A DNA stretch of 64,000 nucleotides from Nitrospirales bacterium (GTDB lineage Bacteria > Nitrospirota > Nitrospiria > Nitrospirales > UBA8639). The translations under genes were made by a program, and so were the position numbers. The stretch is from positions 1,024,001-1,088,000 of the forward strand of contig CBDBCZ010000016.1 of the NCBI GenBank assembly GCA_965203295.1. The letters run 5' to 3'. Position 1 is the first letter of the stretch. Every line of letters starts with the position of its first letter. Below are positions 1 through 12,339 of this stretch, one piece after another. Under the pieces are notes generated by a model. That model was not told where the DNA came from. It did no database searches and saw nothing but the letters and a program-made list of their open reading frames with translations.

Positions 1-769
1 TTCACGTGTCGTCACAGATCACGTGCTCCTGCAGTACGTCCGTGTCACGTTCCGTTTATGCCCGTTCTTGCCCACCATGCGTGGGCGACTACATACGTTT
101 GCTGCCCACCAAAATGGCGCCCTGGCAACAGTTGCTACATGCGCGTGACGTAAGATGATGTCAACGAAAACTCTATAATAATTATAATAAGGGCCTCCCT
201 AGGCCCTATTTCACGGAACGGTACGGAACGGAATCATACACTATAACGCAGAACGGACCAACTAATTGCATGCACGCATGCGTATAATGTAATTCAAAAT
301 TTTCGCGGGAGTTTGGCAGCCGTCTCGAGTGGTCGCAATCTCAGGCCATGACTTCTGTGACGGTGAAGGTTTCTACTACGCCCTTGGCAATAACCACTGT
401 GGTAAATCTGCTCCAGAATCCACCACAAGATTCCATCTCCACTCTTCCACCGGTACGACCCAAGGCTGGTGACGCGTACATCCAAAAAGCACCCCAAGGT
501 ATATTTCCACATTGACACTCCTAAGGAAACCTGCTCCGATTTCAGCAGGAATGCTTATGAGTTGGATCCTCCCAACAATTTCGGTATCTCGGGGACGAAG
601 GTGCCGCAATCGACTCCCCCCCATAGAAACAAGAAGAATGACAGTCGAGTACACATTTAACCAGTGACAACTGACACCGGCCAACGCACTTCGCACGGAT
701 TGCTGATATGTCACAGCTACATGCATGTACCAGTTGAACCAGTAAATAATATATTCATTTCTTGTACAC

Positions 770-1770
770 TCGGGGGTGGACCATACTCAGAAGGACTGAG
801 AACTACGTAGAGTAGTCTAACCCACAATTTTGAACTTATCCCTCCTAAACTTGAGAATATTCTTAAAATGCTGCTCAAAACTGACTTAGGGGTGGGCTCA
901 TACTAAGGATGGGCTCATACTAAAAAAAGCCGCTGAGATTCTATATAGCAAGCATGAGTATGAGGCACTGTGTGCATGTTTGCATGTATATACATTGTAC
1001 AGTGTACATGTTTATACAAGCAAACATACACACAGTGTGTATTCATGTAGGCTTATTAGTACTCACTTGGAATGTAATTTCAGCCCATGATTGTATATGA
1101 GGGCCAGGTTTGGACAGGTGCCAAGGTGAACTGTGGTCAGGGTGGAGTGGCATAAGGCCAGGTTCATATACCTGATTAGGTGTGTATCTATTGAAACATG
1201 GTTTGTTTCACCCCTTGTAGGAGCACAGACTGTGTCAGCATCAGCAACGACTAGCCACTAGGCCATCAGCAACAGTTGCAGTAAAGCCGGTTACAACACT
1301 TCTGCGTTGTGGGACAGGTATTGGTGTTCTCAACAAGACTGATTCAAGGGGCAGATAGCAAAGTATGGGACCAAGCATTCAGTACAATTCAATCACTGAG
1401 ATGGACTTGAAACATTTTGTGAGTCCACCCCAGTATGGTCCAGCCCTGAGTATGAGCCCACTCCTGAGTATGAACCCTCCCCTGAGTATGGTCCATCCCT
1501 GAGCATAAGCCCATGCACCTTTGAGTATATGTTACTCTTGAGTATGAGTCCACACCTGAGCATAAGCCCACCTTAGTGTATACGACACTCCAGAGTATGA
1601 GCCCCCCCCCCCCCCCCCCCCCCCCCCCGGAGTATGACCTCACCCCCTGAGCCACCCTTGACCCACTCCTGAGTATGAGCTCACCCTCAGGATAAGCCCA
1701 CGCTAGAGTATATAAGCACACTCCTGAGTGTGAGCCTACCCCTGAGTACGTTCCACCCCTGAGTATGAGA
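770..1770. repeat. Repeat element with an internal ~22-bp tandem array (CCCCTGAGTATGAGCCCACT-like, 1430-1770) and inverted copies at 770-920
   Basis: More than ten degenerate GAGTATGAGCCC units; reverse-complement units GGGCTCATACT at ~895-920. Segments 660-745 and 966-1095 recur at 19270-19368 and 19457-19577. Confidence 0.6.
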
Positions 1771-3549
1771 TGTAGGGATGGTAGCTACGCGCTGTGATGT
1801 GTGGCTGTGATGTGTGGGTAGTCTGTGCATGCATTGTGGTGTGCATTGTCGCTTGTTTAATTGGATATTTTGGGAAGTGTTTTTTTGGTAGTGGTGCATC
1901 CCTACATAACTTGTTTTTGCACTTTTTGGCAAAGTGCCTTTTCTGTAACTTTAGAATATAGAATAAGGGCCCATGTGCAAGTTGACAGTCAATATTGGAC
2001 GTGGTAATGACCCCTACAAATATAGTATAAGTCCCTGCATGGATTCACCTATATATGCACTCTACCATGGCCTGTGTTTGTAGTGGTCAGAAAATATAGA
2101 GTACGTAACCTGCAAGTGGCACAAATAATTCAACTGCCTGAAAAGCTGAGACATGCTATTCCAAGGTAGACCATCAGCTATAGGAGTAACAAATGTTGCA
2201 CAGATGGGTGACAGGGCATGGCGGATGCTTGCCGAGGAATCATTTAGCTGATTGATGCTGAAAAACTGTAGGTGGTGAATTCTAAAAGCAGGACTTAGGC
2301 CTAGAATTTACTTTTCCAACTGAAAGTGATAGCCAGGGAGTCAGGCTTCATGACAAATAATTCATTTGATGATCATTCATGAAGTCCCACTTTCTAGTTT
2401 TCACACAGAGCAGCTGGTAAAGGTTGGGAGGGAGCTCATGTGCAAGGCCTGCCCTACTATAGAGTCAGATATATCATCCCAGCTAGGGGTACTTAGTCAG
2501 AGCATGTATATAGCTAAACCCCTCTCCCCCTATTAATTTGGCAAAGGAATTCATTTGTCATTACGCTTCTCACACCAATTTTATTTTGCTTTCAAAATGT
2601 AGGAATGATGCTATACATAACTTAGTTTTGTTGAGCTTTGTATGACAGCATGTGTTCAGTTTCGTCTGGCAAAAGTGGGTGATGCAAAACTTTCTTTCAG
2701 AGCCTAGATTGCAAAAATGAACATTTGGAGGGTTTTGTGTGAGTTTTGACCTTTAAAATGGGTTTGAAGTGTCCATCTAAAGGTTAATTAAACTGTGCTA
2801 TTCAGTTTGTCACTAGCTTCTATTGGCTGATTTATAAGTACATGATAGCTGGCCTGGAATCTAGTTACATGAATCTCTATCGCCAAACTACTTTTTATCA
2901 ACAGTTTTACAGATTGCTTATTATTGTTTATCTAAAAAGCACAATAGTTGACCGTTGTATATTTTGTTTGCTTACTTTACTGTACATGTGAAATTCTGTG
3001 TAGTAGCCTCTATCTTGTTCAGCTTAAATGATAAATTTAGTAGGACTAGCGATAGCTCGCATGCTCTATACTCTACAGCTTGCTTCCCTATTTCCATGTA
3101 TTTTCTCTTTTATGTTCAACACATGAGCGTGCAGAAGCCCAGATCTGGGGAAAGCATCTGGTTCTACATGTACTGTGTACATTGAAGTTGCATACTACAA
3201 TGAATCAGATGTTTCCTGATAAACATATTTGGCCACCCCATGTATATATTTAGCCTACAACTGTAGTACTTCTTTGTAAGCATGCATGGAATCTTCTGCA
3301 GAAATTATATTCCCCTCTCTCCGAATCTGAGGGAGCAAATACACTCTAACAAATACATGTGGTTAACTCATAAAAAAGAATAACAGTGCTGGTATTGTTT
3401 AAATATTGTTCCTAGATAAAAATAATTGTCCTGTAGTTAGACCAATAGTTGATAAAAATTGAACATATGAATACTGAGAGATTTTGTTACATGCCTTACA
3501 ACTGTGTACAAATATTTCACACTGATAGAGTGTAATATGTAGAGCCCGA

Positions 3550-5388
3550 TCATTCCACAAAGGAAGGTAGATCATTGACAGCTTCATTATTGTATTGTGC
3601 GATATTCATAGGGTCTTGTAGCAGAGCTGCACATTCCTCGGGATTGGCAAGACGATCCGGCAGAAGTGATTCCTCTGAGTTACTTTGCCTCAGTACACTT
3701 TTACACAGTAGCTGAACTTTGAGCACCAGCTCTGCAATTGTTGTGTGTCGGAAGAAAAGCCAGTAGGCTACCACTATTGTCATATAGATTAGTGGAGTTG
3801 GCACTAATACGGAATGTAAGACAGCTATCACAATGGTGAAGGGTGAATTTTGCGTCATTTTGACATGTGCGTTTGCTAATGTACCACCAACAATACAAAA
3901 GTATATCAATGCAACAACAAGAACCAACACTGTATCAACTGCATTGTGAACGGGTGACTTATAAGGTTGCCCTACAGCAAACAAAATAGCAAACAACGTA
4001 AACATCACTCCTGCAATAAAGCATGTCATGTATACAGAAGAACTCAAGCTGACTGCCATCACCATGAAAAAGCAGATACGAATAAAAAGATACATTGCTG
4101 AAAAAGATCGAAAATCTCTTGTACCATCAGTGCCATTCTTATAGCAGCCTTGAAAGGCATCCATAAATACATACAATGCTTGGCATCTCAGCTTGCAAGA
4201 ATTAAGGATCTTGTGAAAATAGTGACTGGGGTAAATACACAAAAGCATTAGAGGGAGAATATTGAATATGGAGAGCACTGCAATTGCCAGAATAGCATAG
4301 GGCAAGTGCTGTTTGCCAAAATATTCTACGGTTCCATCAAAGTAGAGGTAGGGTTCCAGTGTCTCCCGATGGGCATTATAAAGATGTACTGGAACAAGAA
4401 AATCAAATGATACACTGAGAAATTTGACATATGAAAGGAGAAGAAAAGATGCAAAGGCTTCAACCAAGGATGTTTGGATATCCCACTGCCTCTGAAGACG
4501 AGCAAAGCATATACGAAAAGGCTTCCACAACCATACAACTAATTTGCAGTCGTGATTATGTAGTTTAACAAGTGAATATGTCATTATTGTCAAGAAAAGT
4601 GGGTATGCTGCTATAATGTAGTCAAGTGCCAATACTTGGAGAGTACTCATACCGGGATGCAAGCAAAATCTAGGGTATAGAGTACGGAAAAAGTCCAGGT
4701 TCCAGAAGCCGTGTAATGATTCAAATACTGCAATTATAGTACCCCATGAACGTCCATGAACACTGGAGACTATTCTTACTTGCATAGGCGATGTCAATAC
4801 TTGGGAAGCTAGTAGGAATGCATTCATAGAGGGTGAAGTAGCATTGATGTGAAAGGTGATTACTATAGCAAAAAAAAGCGTCAGTGGCAGAAATGCAGCA
4901 ACACAGTACTTCAAACAATTTGTGAAAAAATGACCATGTGAACACCTCACACATCGCCAGTCGTAAGAGTATACAGGTGGAGCGAATCCTTCCTTACACC
5001 TTCCACACAACTGACCCTCTCGATTACTCACAAAACTTCCTTCTCCACACATATCGTCGGACAGGTCACTGATTATGACATTTTGAGCTCTTTCACATGT
5101 GTACATGCAGGCACCAACAACAGTGATATTTGGGTCCTTTGCATAAAATGACATACAAAAGCATGGCTGTAGCTCTATTTTTAAGTTACTTTCATCACAG
5201 TGAACCACACCTCCCACATCAAAACCACATCTACACTGCATATGACCGTTAGTGTTCTCAGAAATACTCCACAAACCAGCGCAGGAGAGAGTCGATGACT
5301 TCACAACAGTGCCGTTTCCATGATCTCCATACGTATACTGGGTGCTGCCTTGCTCCAGCAATAGTAGTAGACAGATCACTATCAGCAT
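3550..5388 (-). CDS. Intronless membrane protein: signal peptide, Cys-rich ectodomain, about 9-10 TM segments (uncharacterised receptor-like family), paralogue 1
   Basis: Long uninterrupted ORF. The first in-frame ATG is at 5388 (MLIVICLLLLLEQG), homologous to paralogue 2; the ORF track's 5409 start is GTG. Cys motifs CRCG..VVHC..PCFCM..GACMYTC..NREGQLCGRCKEGF..WRCVRC are followed by many hydrophobic segments and a short LLPDR..NPEECAALL tail. Confidence 0.85.
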   Translation of the reverse strand: MLIVICLLLLLEQGSTQYTYGDHGNGTVVKSSTLSCAGLWSISENTNGHMQCRCGFDVGGVVHCDESNLKIELQPCFCMSFYAKDPNITVVGACMYTCERAQNVIISDLSDDMCGEGSFVSNREGQLCGRCKEGFAPPVYSYDWRCVRCSHGHFFTNCLKYCVAAFLPLTLFFAIVITFHINATSPSMNAFLLASQVLTSPMQVRIVSSVHGRSWGTIIAVFESLHGFWNLDFFRTLYPRFCLHPGMSTLQVLALDYIIAAYPLFLTIMTYSLVKLHNHDCKLVVWLWKPFRICFARLQRQWDIQTSLVEAFASFLLLSYVKFLSVSFDFLVPVHLYNAHRETLEPYLYFDGTVEYFGKQHLPYAILAIAVLSIFNILPLMLLCIYPSHYFHKILNSCKLRCQALYVFMDAFQGCYKNGTDGTRDFRSFSAMYLFIRICFFMVMAVSLSSSVYMTCFIAGVMFTLFAILFAVGQPYKSPVHNAVDTVLVLVVALIYFCIVGGTLANAHVKMTQNSPFTIVIAVLHSVLVPTPLIYMTIVVAYWLFFRHTTIAELVLKVQLLCKSVLRQSNSEESLLPDRLANPEECAALLQDPMNIAQYNNEAVNDLPSFVE

Positions 5389-7118
5389 TATGAATGTCAG
5401 CAGAGCCACAATGACTGTATACGCACTCAGATGAGCCAGTAATTGTACTTACAGCCGTGCTTGGCGAACTAAATAGTCCTTTATCTATGGGCAATCTGTG
5501 AAATCTTTTTGTACTGTTTTGAAACTGCATGAGATTTATCTGCATGGACGATCACTCACGAGGATTAATTTAAACTACTTTTCAACAACACACACACAAT
5601 TTGCCATTTTCACTAGCAGTATCAGCTGGGGTTTTTACTTCAATATTTTCTAAACTGAAGGCATGCATGTGTGGGAAAGTTTTCATTGTTTACTGTTTTC
5701 TTCTGCTGACATTCAATCTCCTTGGAAATCAATTGTCAGGGATTCCCTATACAGACAACCAGCAACTCAGTCTCTTTGCATGAGTTAATCCCCATAAAGA
5801 TAAATAAATGTCATTACCACTTCTTCAGAGATACTTTCTATTTGATAGCAAAACATGTGTGGTGCTTATCAGTGACTGTGTACAGGTAGCTATAGCTCTC
5901 CTAGAGTGCATGTTTGGTCAAGGACAACTAGATTTGCACTTTATGTAGTAGCTAATTTCTCATCTCTGCACTCATCATACCAGTTGTTTATAATGCAGGC
6001 AGTCATTATTGCATTCATTCACTTCAACCCACTTTGGCAAAAAGTATATTGATGAATCAGGGGATGATGGTATCTCCATTGACTGTAGTCCCCATTGACA
6101 AGTGCATTGGCCGACCAGCCTGCATTAGTTCCTGACCACGATTGTGTTCAGCTTCTACTTTTGATGTTTCATGTGTTTGACATATGGCTCCCCTAGCAAT
6201 AGTAGTAGACAGATGGCTAGCAGCAAACTTTATGTAGAAGAGCCACGATAATATTGATGTACTGACAGCTGAGCTCAGCAAGCTATCCTCAGAATATATT
6301 ATTGTTCCACTAAGGCCAATCTTTAAGTACATTCCAATGTATTACATCACTCTGGTTATTAAGATTGGTATTCTAATGCAAAAGCAGTTGTTGTTTGAAA
6401 ACTTGGCGAAAGTAAGCTATCTACATGGACACAGCTACTTACGAGCAGCCTTTAAAGTTAATTTCTATACAGGGCCACTACACAAACCATCACATGCATA
6501 CTGACATTAGGATGACTAGTAAAAGTGGCTGAGTGTATCAGTAATATAGTGGAGCAATAATGTTCATTTCAACTTCCATATAAGGTCAATGCATTATTTA
6601 ATGAACTCCAATTTTTGCAGCAGCTTACTTTAAAACTATCAATTATCAAAATTGGGTCCTAAAACCTCTCTATATGGGAGTTATAGCTCAAAATTGTATT
6701 GCTGGAGACCATCCAGCCTGTTGTATTATAGGGCAAGTGTAACTCCAGAGTAGATGATGCTTCCAGCACCAGATTTTTTGAGGAATTTCCAATATACACA
6801 TAGGTTATAAATACTGCTAAGTTTGTGTAGTTAGCATATCTTCCATAGTAGTTTCGAAAACAATTCATACGTTTATTATTACAGGCCTTTAGCTTAAAGT
6901 TATCATGTGGCAACAGTATGCCGTACAGTGTTTGCATTGCAGACCACTATATTTGTTACTCAAATATTGGTGGAGATACACCCTACCATTCATTATCTAT
7001 AATTCATGCAATTTCAAATCTGCACTTAATTGAGTAGTTTCTTTTTCAATGGAGCAACGCTTACAAGAAATATTAAATTTCTACATAAACTCCTATGTAT
7101 AAAACATAACGGGGTGTG

Positions 7119-8966
7119 TTAGTAAATGGATGGTTCATCAAGTTCCTCATCACTGCTTTGTTCAATATTCATGGGGTCTTGGAGCAGAGCTGCACATTCC
7201 TCGGGATTAACACAGCGATCTGGTAGCAGCGATTCCACCGAGTTATTCCGCCTCCATGTACTTTCACACAGTATCAGAATTTTAAGTACCAGTGCTGCAA
7301 TTTTTGTGTGTCTGGAAATAATCCAGTAGACTGCTACCACTGTCATATAAATAAAAGGAACTGGCAACAACACAGCAAACATGATATTCAAAAAAATCTC
7401 AGATTTTGTGTTGGCTACTTGGACACTTAATATTGCGCTAGCCACCAAACAAAAATATACCAGCGCAACTGTAAGGATCAATCCTGTATCGACTGCATTG
7501 TGCTTTGGTAATTTATAAGGCTGCACTACAGCAAACAGAAAAGCAAAAAAAGTTAATATCAAGCCTGCAATAAAACAAGCCATGATAACAGAAGAACTTA
7601 AAGTCATTGCAAACGTAAGTAAAATGAGGATCCGTACCAGTAGATATAACGTTGAAAAATGTCGACAATCCCTTGAGCTGTCTGTGCCATTTTTATAACA
7701 GCCTTGGAAGGCATCCATAAATATATGAAGTGCATGACAGTCGAGGTTGTAGAAATTAAGCATCTTTTGAAAGCTTGAACAGGGGTAAAGAAATAAAAGA
7801 ATAAGAGGAAGAATATTAAATATGAAAAGGATTACAATTGCTAGGATGGCATAGGGCAAATGTTGCTTCCCAAAGTATTCAACTGTCCCATCAAAGTAGA
7901 GGTACAGTTCCATCGACTCCCCATGGACATTATAAACACATACTGGAACAAGAAAATCAAATGATACACTGAGAAATTTGACATATGAAAGAAGAAGAAA
8001 AGATGCAAAGGCTTCAACCAAGGATGTTTGGATATCCCACTGCCTCTGAAGACGAGCAAAGCATATACGAAAGGGCTTCCACAACCATACTACTAATTTG
8101 CAGTCATGGTTATGTAGTTTAACAAGTGAATATGTTGTTATTGTCAAGAAAAGTGGGTAAGCTGCTATAATGTAGTCAAGTGCTAATACTTGGAGAGTAC
8201 TCATACCGGGATGCAAGCAAAATCTAGGGTATAGAGTACGGAAAAAGTCCAGGTTCCAGAAGCCGTATAATGATCCAATTACTGCAACTATAACAGTCCA
8301 TCCATCAGAAAAAATGACACTGGAGAGTATTCTTGCTTGCACAGGGAAGGTGAATACTTGGCAAACAAGTAGGAATGCGTTCATGGAGGGTGAAGTGGCA
8401 CTGATGTGAAAGGTTATTACCATGACAAAAAAAAATGTTAGTGGTAGAAATGCAACAACACAGTACTTTGCCACGTTGTTATTACTTGAACACCTCACAC
8501 ATCGCCAGTCATGAGAGTAGGCAGGTGGAGCAAACCCTTCTTTACACTTACCACACAACTGACCTTCCCGATTGCTCCTAAAATCTCCCGTGCCACACAT
8601 ATAATCAGACAGGTCATGGACATTGCTAGGAATCGAATCATAGCCTGTACCAATATGACGACACGTGTACATACAGGCACCAGCAACAATGATATTTGGG
8701 TCCCTTGCGTAAGGTGACATACAGAAACATGGAAGCAGCTGCACTTCGGAAGAATTCTCATTACAGTGCACCATGCCTCCCAGACTGGAACCACACCTAC
8801 AGCCAACACTGCCACTAGTGTTCTCATAAATGCTCCATAGGCTAGGGCAGGAGAGAGTTGATAACTCCATGGCGGTGTCATTGACCACTTCGCTACCCCT
8901 CTTGGAATGGGTATGCTGTGCACCTCCTTGTCCGATCAATAGCAGTAGACAGACCACTGTCAGCAT
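7119..8966 (-). CDS. Intronless Cys-rich/multi-TM membrane protein, paralogue 2
   Basis: Colinear with 3550-5388 over the whole length, with the same Cys spacing and C-terminal LLPDRCVNPEECAALLQDPMNI. ATG at 8966 (MLTVVCLLLLIGQG). Confidence 0.85.
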   Translation of the reverse strand: MLTVVCLLLLIGQGGAQHTHSKRGSEVVNDTAMELSTLSCPSLWSIYENTSGSVGCRCGSSLGGMVHCNENSSEVQLLPCFCMSPYARDPNIIVAGACMYTCRHIGTGYDSIPSNVHDLSDYMCGTGDFRSNREGQLCGKCKEGFAPPAYSHDWRCVRCSSNNNVAKYCVVAFLPLTFFFVMVITFHISATSPSMNAFLLVCQVFTFPVQARILSSVIFSDGWTVIVAVIGSLYGFWNLDFFRTLYPRFCLHPGMSTLQVLALDYIIAAYPLFLTITTYSLVKLHNHDCKLVVWLWKPFRICFARLQRQWDIQTSLVEAFASFLLLSYVKFLSVSFDFLVPVCVYNVHGESMELYLYFDGTVEYFGKQHLPYAILAIVILFIFNILPLILLFLYPCSSFQKMLNFYNLDCHALHIFMDAFQGCYKNGTDSSRDCRHFSTLYLLVRILILLTFAMTLSSSVIMACFIAGLILTFFAFLFAVVQPYKLPKHNAVDTGLILTVALVYFCLVASAILSVQVANTKSEIFLNIMFAVLLPVPFIYMTVVAVYWIISRHTKIAALVLKILILCESTWRRNNSVESLLPDRCVNPEECAALLQDPMNIEQSSDEELDEPSIY

Positions 8967-9789
8967 AATGACCAAGTTAATTGACAGAACAAATTTAACT
9001 CTATAGCTAAATAGGTAGTCAGGTTGAGCTTATGAAGGCATTTTTCATTAACAGTTTTTATTTCAATGTTTATTCTTTCTTGTAGGTAGCATTTGATATC
9101 CTAGAAAATTCAGTGTTAGGTAAGGCCTTTTTTCTAAGAGCAATTTTAATTTCAATGTTTATAGTTTCTTAATTTGTTGAGATCATGATATCCAAGAAAA
9201 TTTATTGTTACGTATACGTAAGCATAACAGGTAGTTAAGTCATCACCTCTTTCCTGCCCTGAAGTCCTTTTTTCTAAAAACAATTTCTATTTCAGTGTGT
9301 ATCGTTTCTAGTTGATATCCAAGAAAATTTAATGTTAGGTAATTCCATGCACAGAAGAGTGACAATTGACTCAAAAAATAACAATGCCATCAGGTTTCAT
9401 ATAGAAACTGTCAGTGATGGTCGGGAAATTACAACACATAGCTAGCTGACCTTGTGTGTGGAGCTAGACGTGCTTCCTTATTAGTAGCTATTGGCCTTCT
9501 TGCCATTAAAGTAAAAGTAGCTGAAGTAAATTATATTAAGTGTACATGTATGTTGCAGAGGGGGTCACAGGGACACTAAATATATGTATTTTATGTCGTT
9601 TGAGTGTATAGCGATTTAGATGGAAAATAATTGGATAAGTTTTAATGACTTTAAAAGGCCGGAGTGGCCTATAAGTCTGAAATAATAAAGTGTCTTCTAC
9701 TATAAAAACTTGCAAGATAGTAACCTACTCTATATTATACAGCTCTACACGCAGTTGGTCAGACATAAATACACAAACGCTTGTTCTTT

Positions 9790-10390
9790 GCTAAGATACA
9801 AAAAGGAGGAATCTACAAAACCTATCTCACAGAATAGTTGGTGTCTTAGGTCCTCAAAGCGCCACAGTCTAGTACGTAGGAAATGCAATTTCGTTTCCAC
9901 AGCACCAGTTTAATTTTACATATTCTGCTCGTTCAGAAAGTATTTCTGTGCCTACCTATAGTTCAATCTCAAGGCTGTGGTTCGTGGTTCGGAGTTTCAC
10001 AAAAACAGTTCTGTGAATATGGCTGAGATACTTGCTCATTGCCAATTCTGTTTTGTAACTGGCAAAGGAGTCAAGTTTGGATGTAGTCTGGACACTACAT
10101 GTATATGCCCACTCTTCCTTGTAACTGATCTGGAGTTGGTGGATGAAGTTAGCGACAAAGTCTGTATCCTGCCTTGGCATCTCTGTTGTCATAGTGACCT
10201 CTGCTAGAGAGTCTTTCAAATGAGTGTACCACGATAAGTTTACCCATTCAGTCTATAGCTGTACAATCCCCTTCACCATATCTGAGGGAAAGTTACAGAC
10301 TCTCTTCCACCAAGCCACCTTTTTAATCTGCAGTCCGATATTGATGGGGATATCGTCCGAGTTCCCCGAGAGCAGCCAACGTAGGCAGTG
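9790..10390 (-). mobile_element. Decayed 3' fragment of a non-LTR retrotransposon (LINE) ORF2
   Basis: Minus-strand peptide SKLDSFASYKTELAMSKYLS..FVKLRTTNHSLEIEL resembles the post-RT C-terminal LRxxNHxLEIExGR motif of L2/CR1-like LINEs; interrupted by stops. Confidence 0.55.
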
Positions 10391-10416
10391 TTGATCTTCC
10401 AACTCCCAGTGCATAC

Positions 10417-10920
10417 GTATAATTAATAGCATGGCTCCGAGTGCAATTAGGGATTAATAGCACGAGTGAGTGGCATTAACTAGGTTTTAAATTGCACGAG
10501 GCGAAGCCGAGTGCTATTTGCCTAGTTGATGCCACTCACAAGTGCTATTAATCCCTACTTGCACGAGAAACCATGCTATTATTTGTTAATCATGTAATTC
10601 GTCATCGAAAGGTAGGCGGGGCTTTTACAAGCTCGTCATCACCGACCCAATTCTGCTAGTACCTGCGAGAGAGACGAATCTCTATGCCGCTGCTCTACTA
10701 ACGTTTCAATGCCCATAGGCCCGGATTGCATAAATTTCTGGCCAATCAAATTGCTATTACAAATTTTGCACACTTATTGCCCAATAGTATCGCTATTTCA
10801 GTTTTGTACACTTTTGCGTACAAGAAAACATGATTTGAATACAAGTAAACACAAATACAAGATATATTGCACACTTGTCTATGTAGTTTTAGTACAGTAC
10901 AATAACAATTATATGATTAT
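10417..10920 (+). mobile_element. Double-hairpin element, family A
   Basis: Hairpin 10426-10580 centred on GCAC-GA-GGC-GAA-GCC-GA-GTGC (loop 10503-10505). The tail is closed by the inverted pair TAATCATGTAATT (10587-10599) / AATTATATGATTA (10907-10919). Confidence 0.7.
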
Positions 10921-11258
10921 TACAAGAAGCATGCATTGCACAGTGCGGCTGCATGCGGAGGCATGCGCATGCGCAGTACGGCTGTATGCAGGGGCATGCG
11001 CAGTGCAGCTAGTGCATGATGGTGAGGCAGGAAGCTAATGCAGTTGGCATTCCTGCGTTGCTAAGGCTTGGGAGTATTAAAGGTGTTGCACTAGAAAGGT
11101 AGTCATTCTTGAGCAACTACAGCTGGAATCTGGCAAAGCAAACTTTCATTTCTAGACGCGCAGCTTTTCCCGTGTATTCGTACTAAGTTTCATCGGCTTT
11201 CGGTGTTACCGTCCCTTCGGTGTTGCACTTGATATCGCGTCGAAGTCCGTCCCGTAAT

Positions 11259-12339
11259 ATGGCAACCGGCGGAGGAGCTCCACAACAGCTCAATTCGCAT
11301 AGCTGCTTAGCCGCTATATATAAAGGGGGTTGAGGCTAACGTAGACCGTGCGAAAAGCTTTCTCAGATGCGGCGAGAGCTGAAAGAAGAGCGCGAGTCGG
11401 CCGACGGCCGGATAGTGAAGAAACTTCGGCTCGAGAAAAAGCCGACCTTCAAGAAGTTGGGAAATGAAAAACAATTCGAGTTCAACGCGGAGGTGCAAGA
11501 CAAGCTGGACTCTGCAGATGCCGCTCTTGCCCAGAGGCCGCCGGCGGTGGAGAAGACCAGAACCCTTCTGGAGGAAGGTCAGAAAGAAAATAAAGACTAT
11601 AGCGGATAGAAGTGAGAACGGGTGCCGGGCTACGGTTAAAGAGTATGAGGAGGATGAGCTTGCAGAAAATTCAGAAGAGGCTCTTCAGAGCCGAAGCTAG
11701 GGCAGGAAGAATCTATCATTTGCCTTTCATGAGGTTGCCAGACCCTAGGTACCAGTGCAACCACAAGTCTGCACTGGAAAATGCAGTTTACGTTACTGAT
11801 GCTATTCAGGAACTGGTTACGGGGCATTGTGTGGTGGAATGTGACCGGTGTCCTATTGTGTGCAGCCCATTGTCTGTGGTAACCAGTGCCAAGGGCAAAA
11901 GACGCCTAGTCTTGGATTTGAGGTACCTGAATAGGTTCTTGCCAAACAGGAAGTTCAAGTATGAGGGGTTAAACCTAATTTTGTTGTTGTTCCAGCAGGG
12001 CAAGTATTTCATAGTATTTGATCTTAAATCAGGCTACCATCATGTGGATACATATACATGAAGAGTGTTGGCCATATCTGGGTTTGCCTGGGAGGTTCAG
12101 AGCACTAGAAGATGGTATGCTTTTTGAGTGCTACCTTTTGGTTCGTCTACACATGCTATGTTTTTACAAAGCTGCTGAGACCTCTAGTCAAGAAATCAGG
12201 TGGAGATCTATTGGTCTTCGATGTGTGATGTACATTGATGATGAAATCAATGCTGCTAGCTCAGAGCACAAATGTAGATCAGATACAGCTGTGATAGTAT
12301 CAGATCTACAGCGAGCTGGGTCTGTACTCAATGTGACAT
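11259..12339 (+). mobile_element. Tyrosine-recombinase-type (DIRS/Ngaro) retrotransposon remnant: gag plus reverse transcriptase, frameshifted and internally deleted
   Basis: Gag-like FKKLGNEKQFEFN..IADRSENG..VKEYEEDELAENSE..KRLFRAE. RT motifs SPLSVV..GKRRLVLDLRYLN..KFKYE..FDLKSGYHHVD and YIDD. Gag runs straight into the RT N-terminus; several frameshifts; no RNase H or recombinase present. Confidence 0.85.

Noticed and set aside
294..726. Short overlapping ORFs near the window start
   Set aside because: No recognisable domain; the region is partly homologous to the repeat at 19270-19577.
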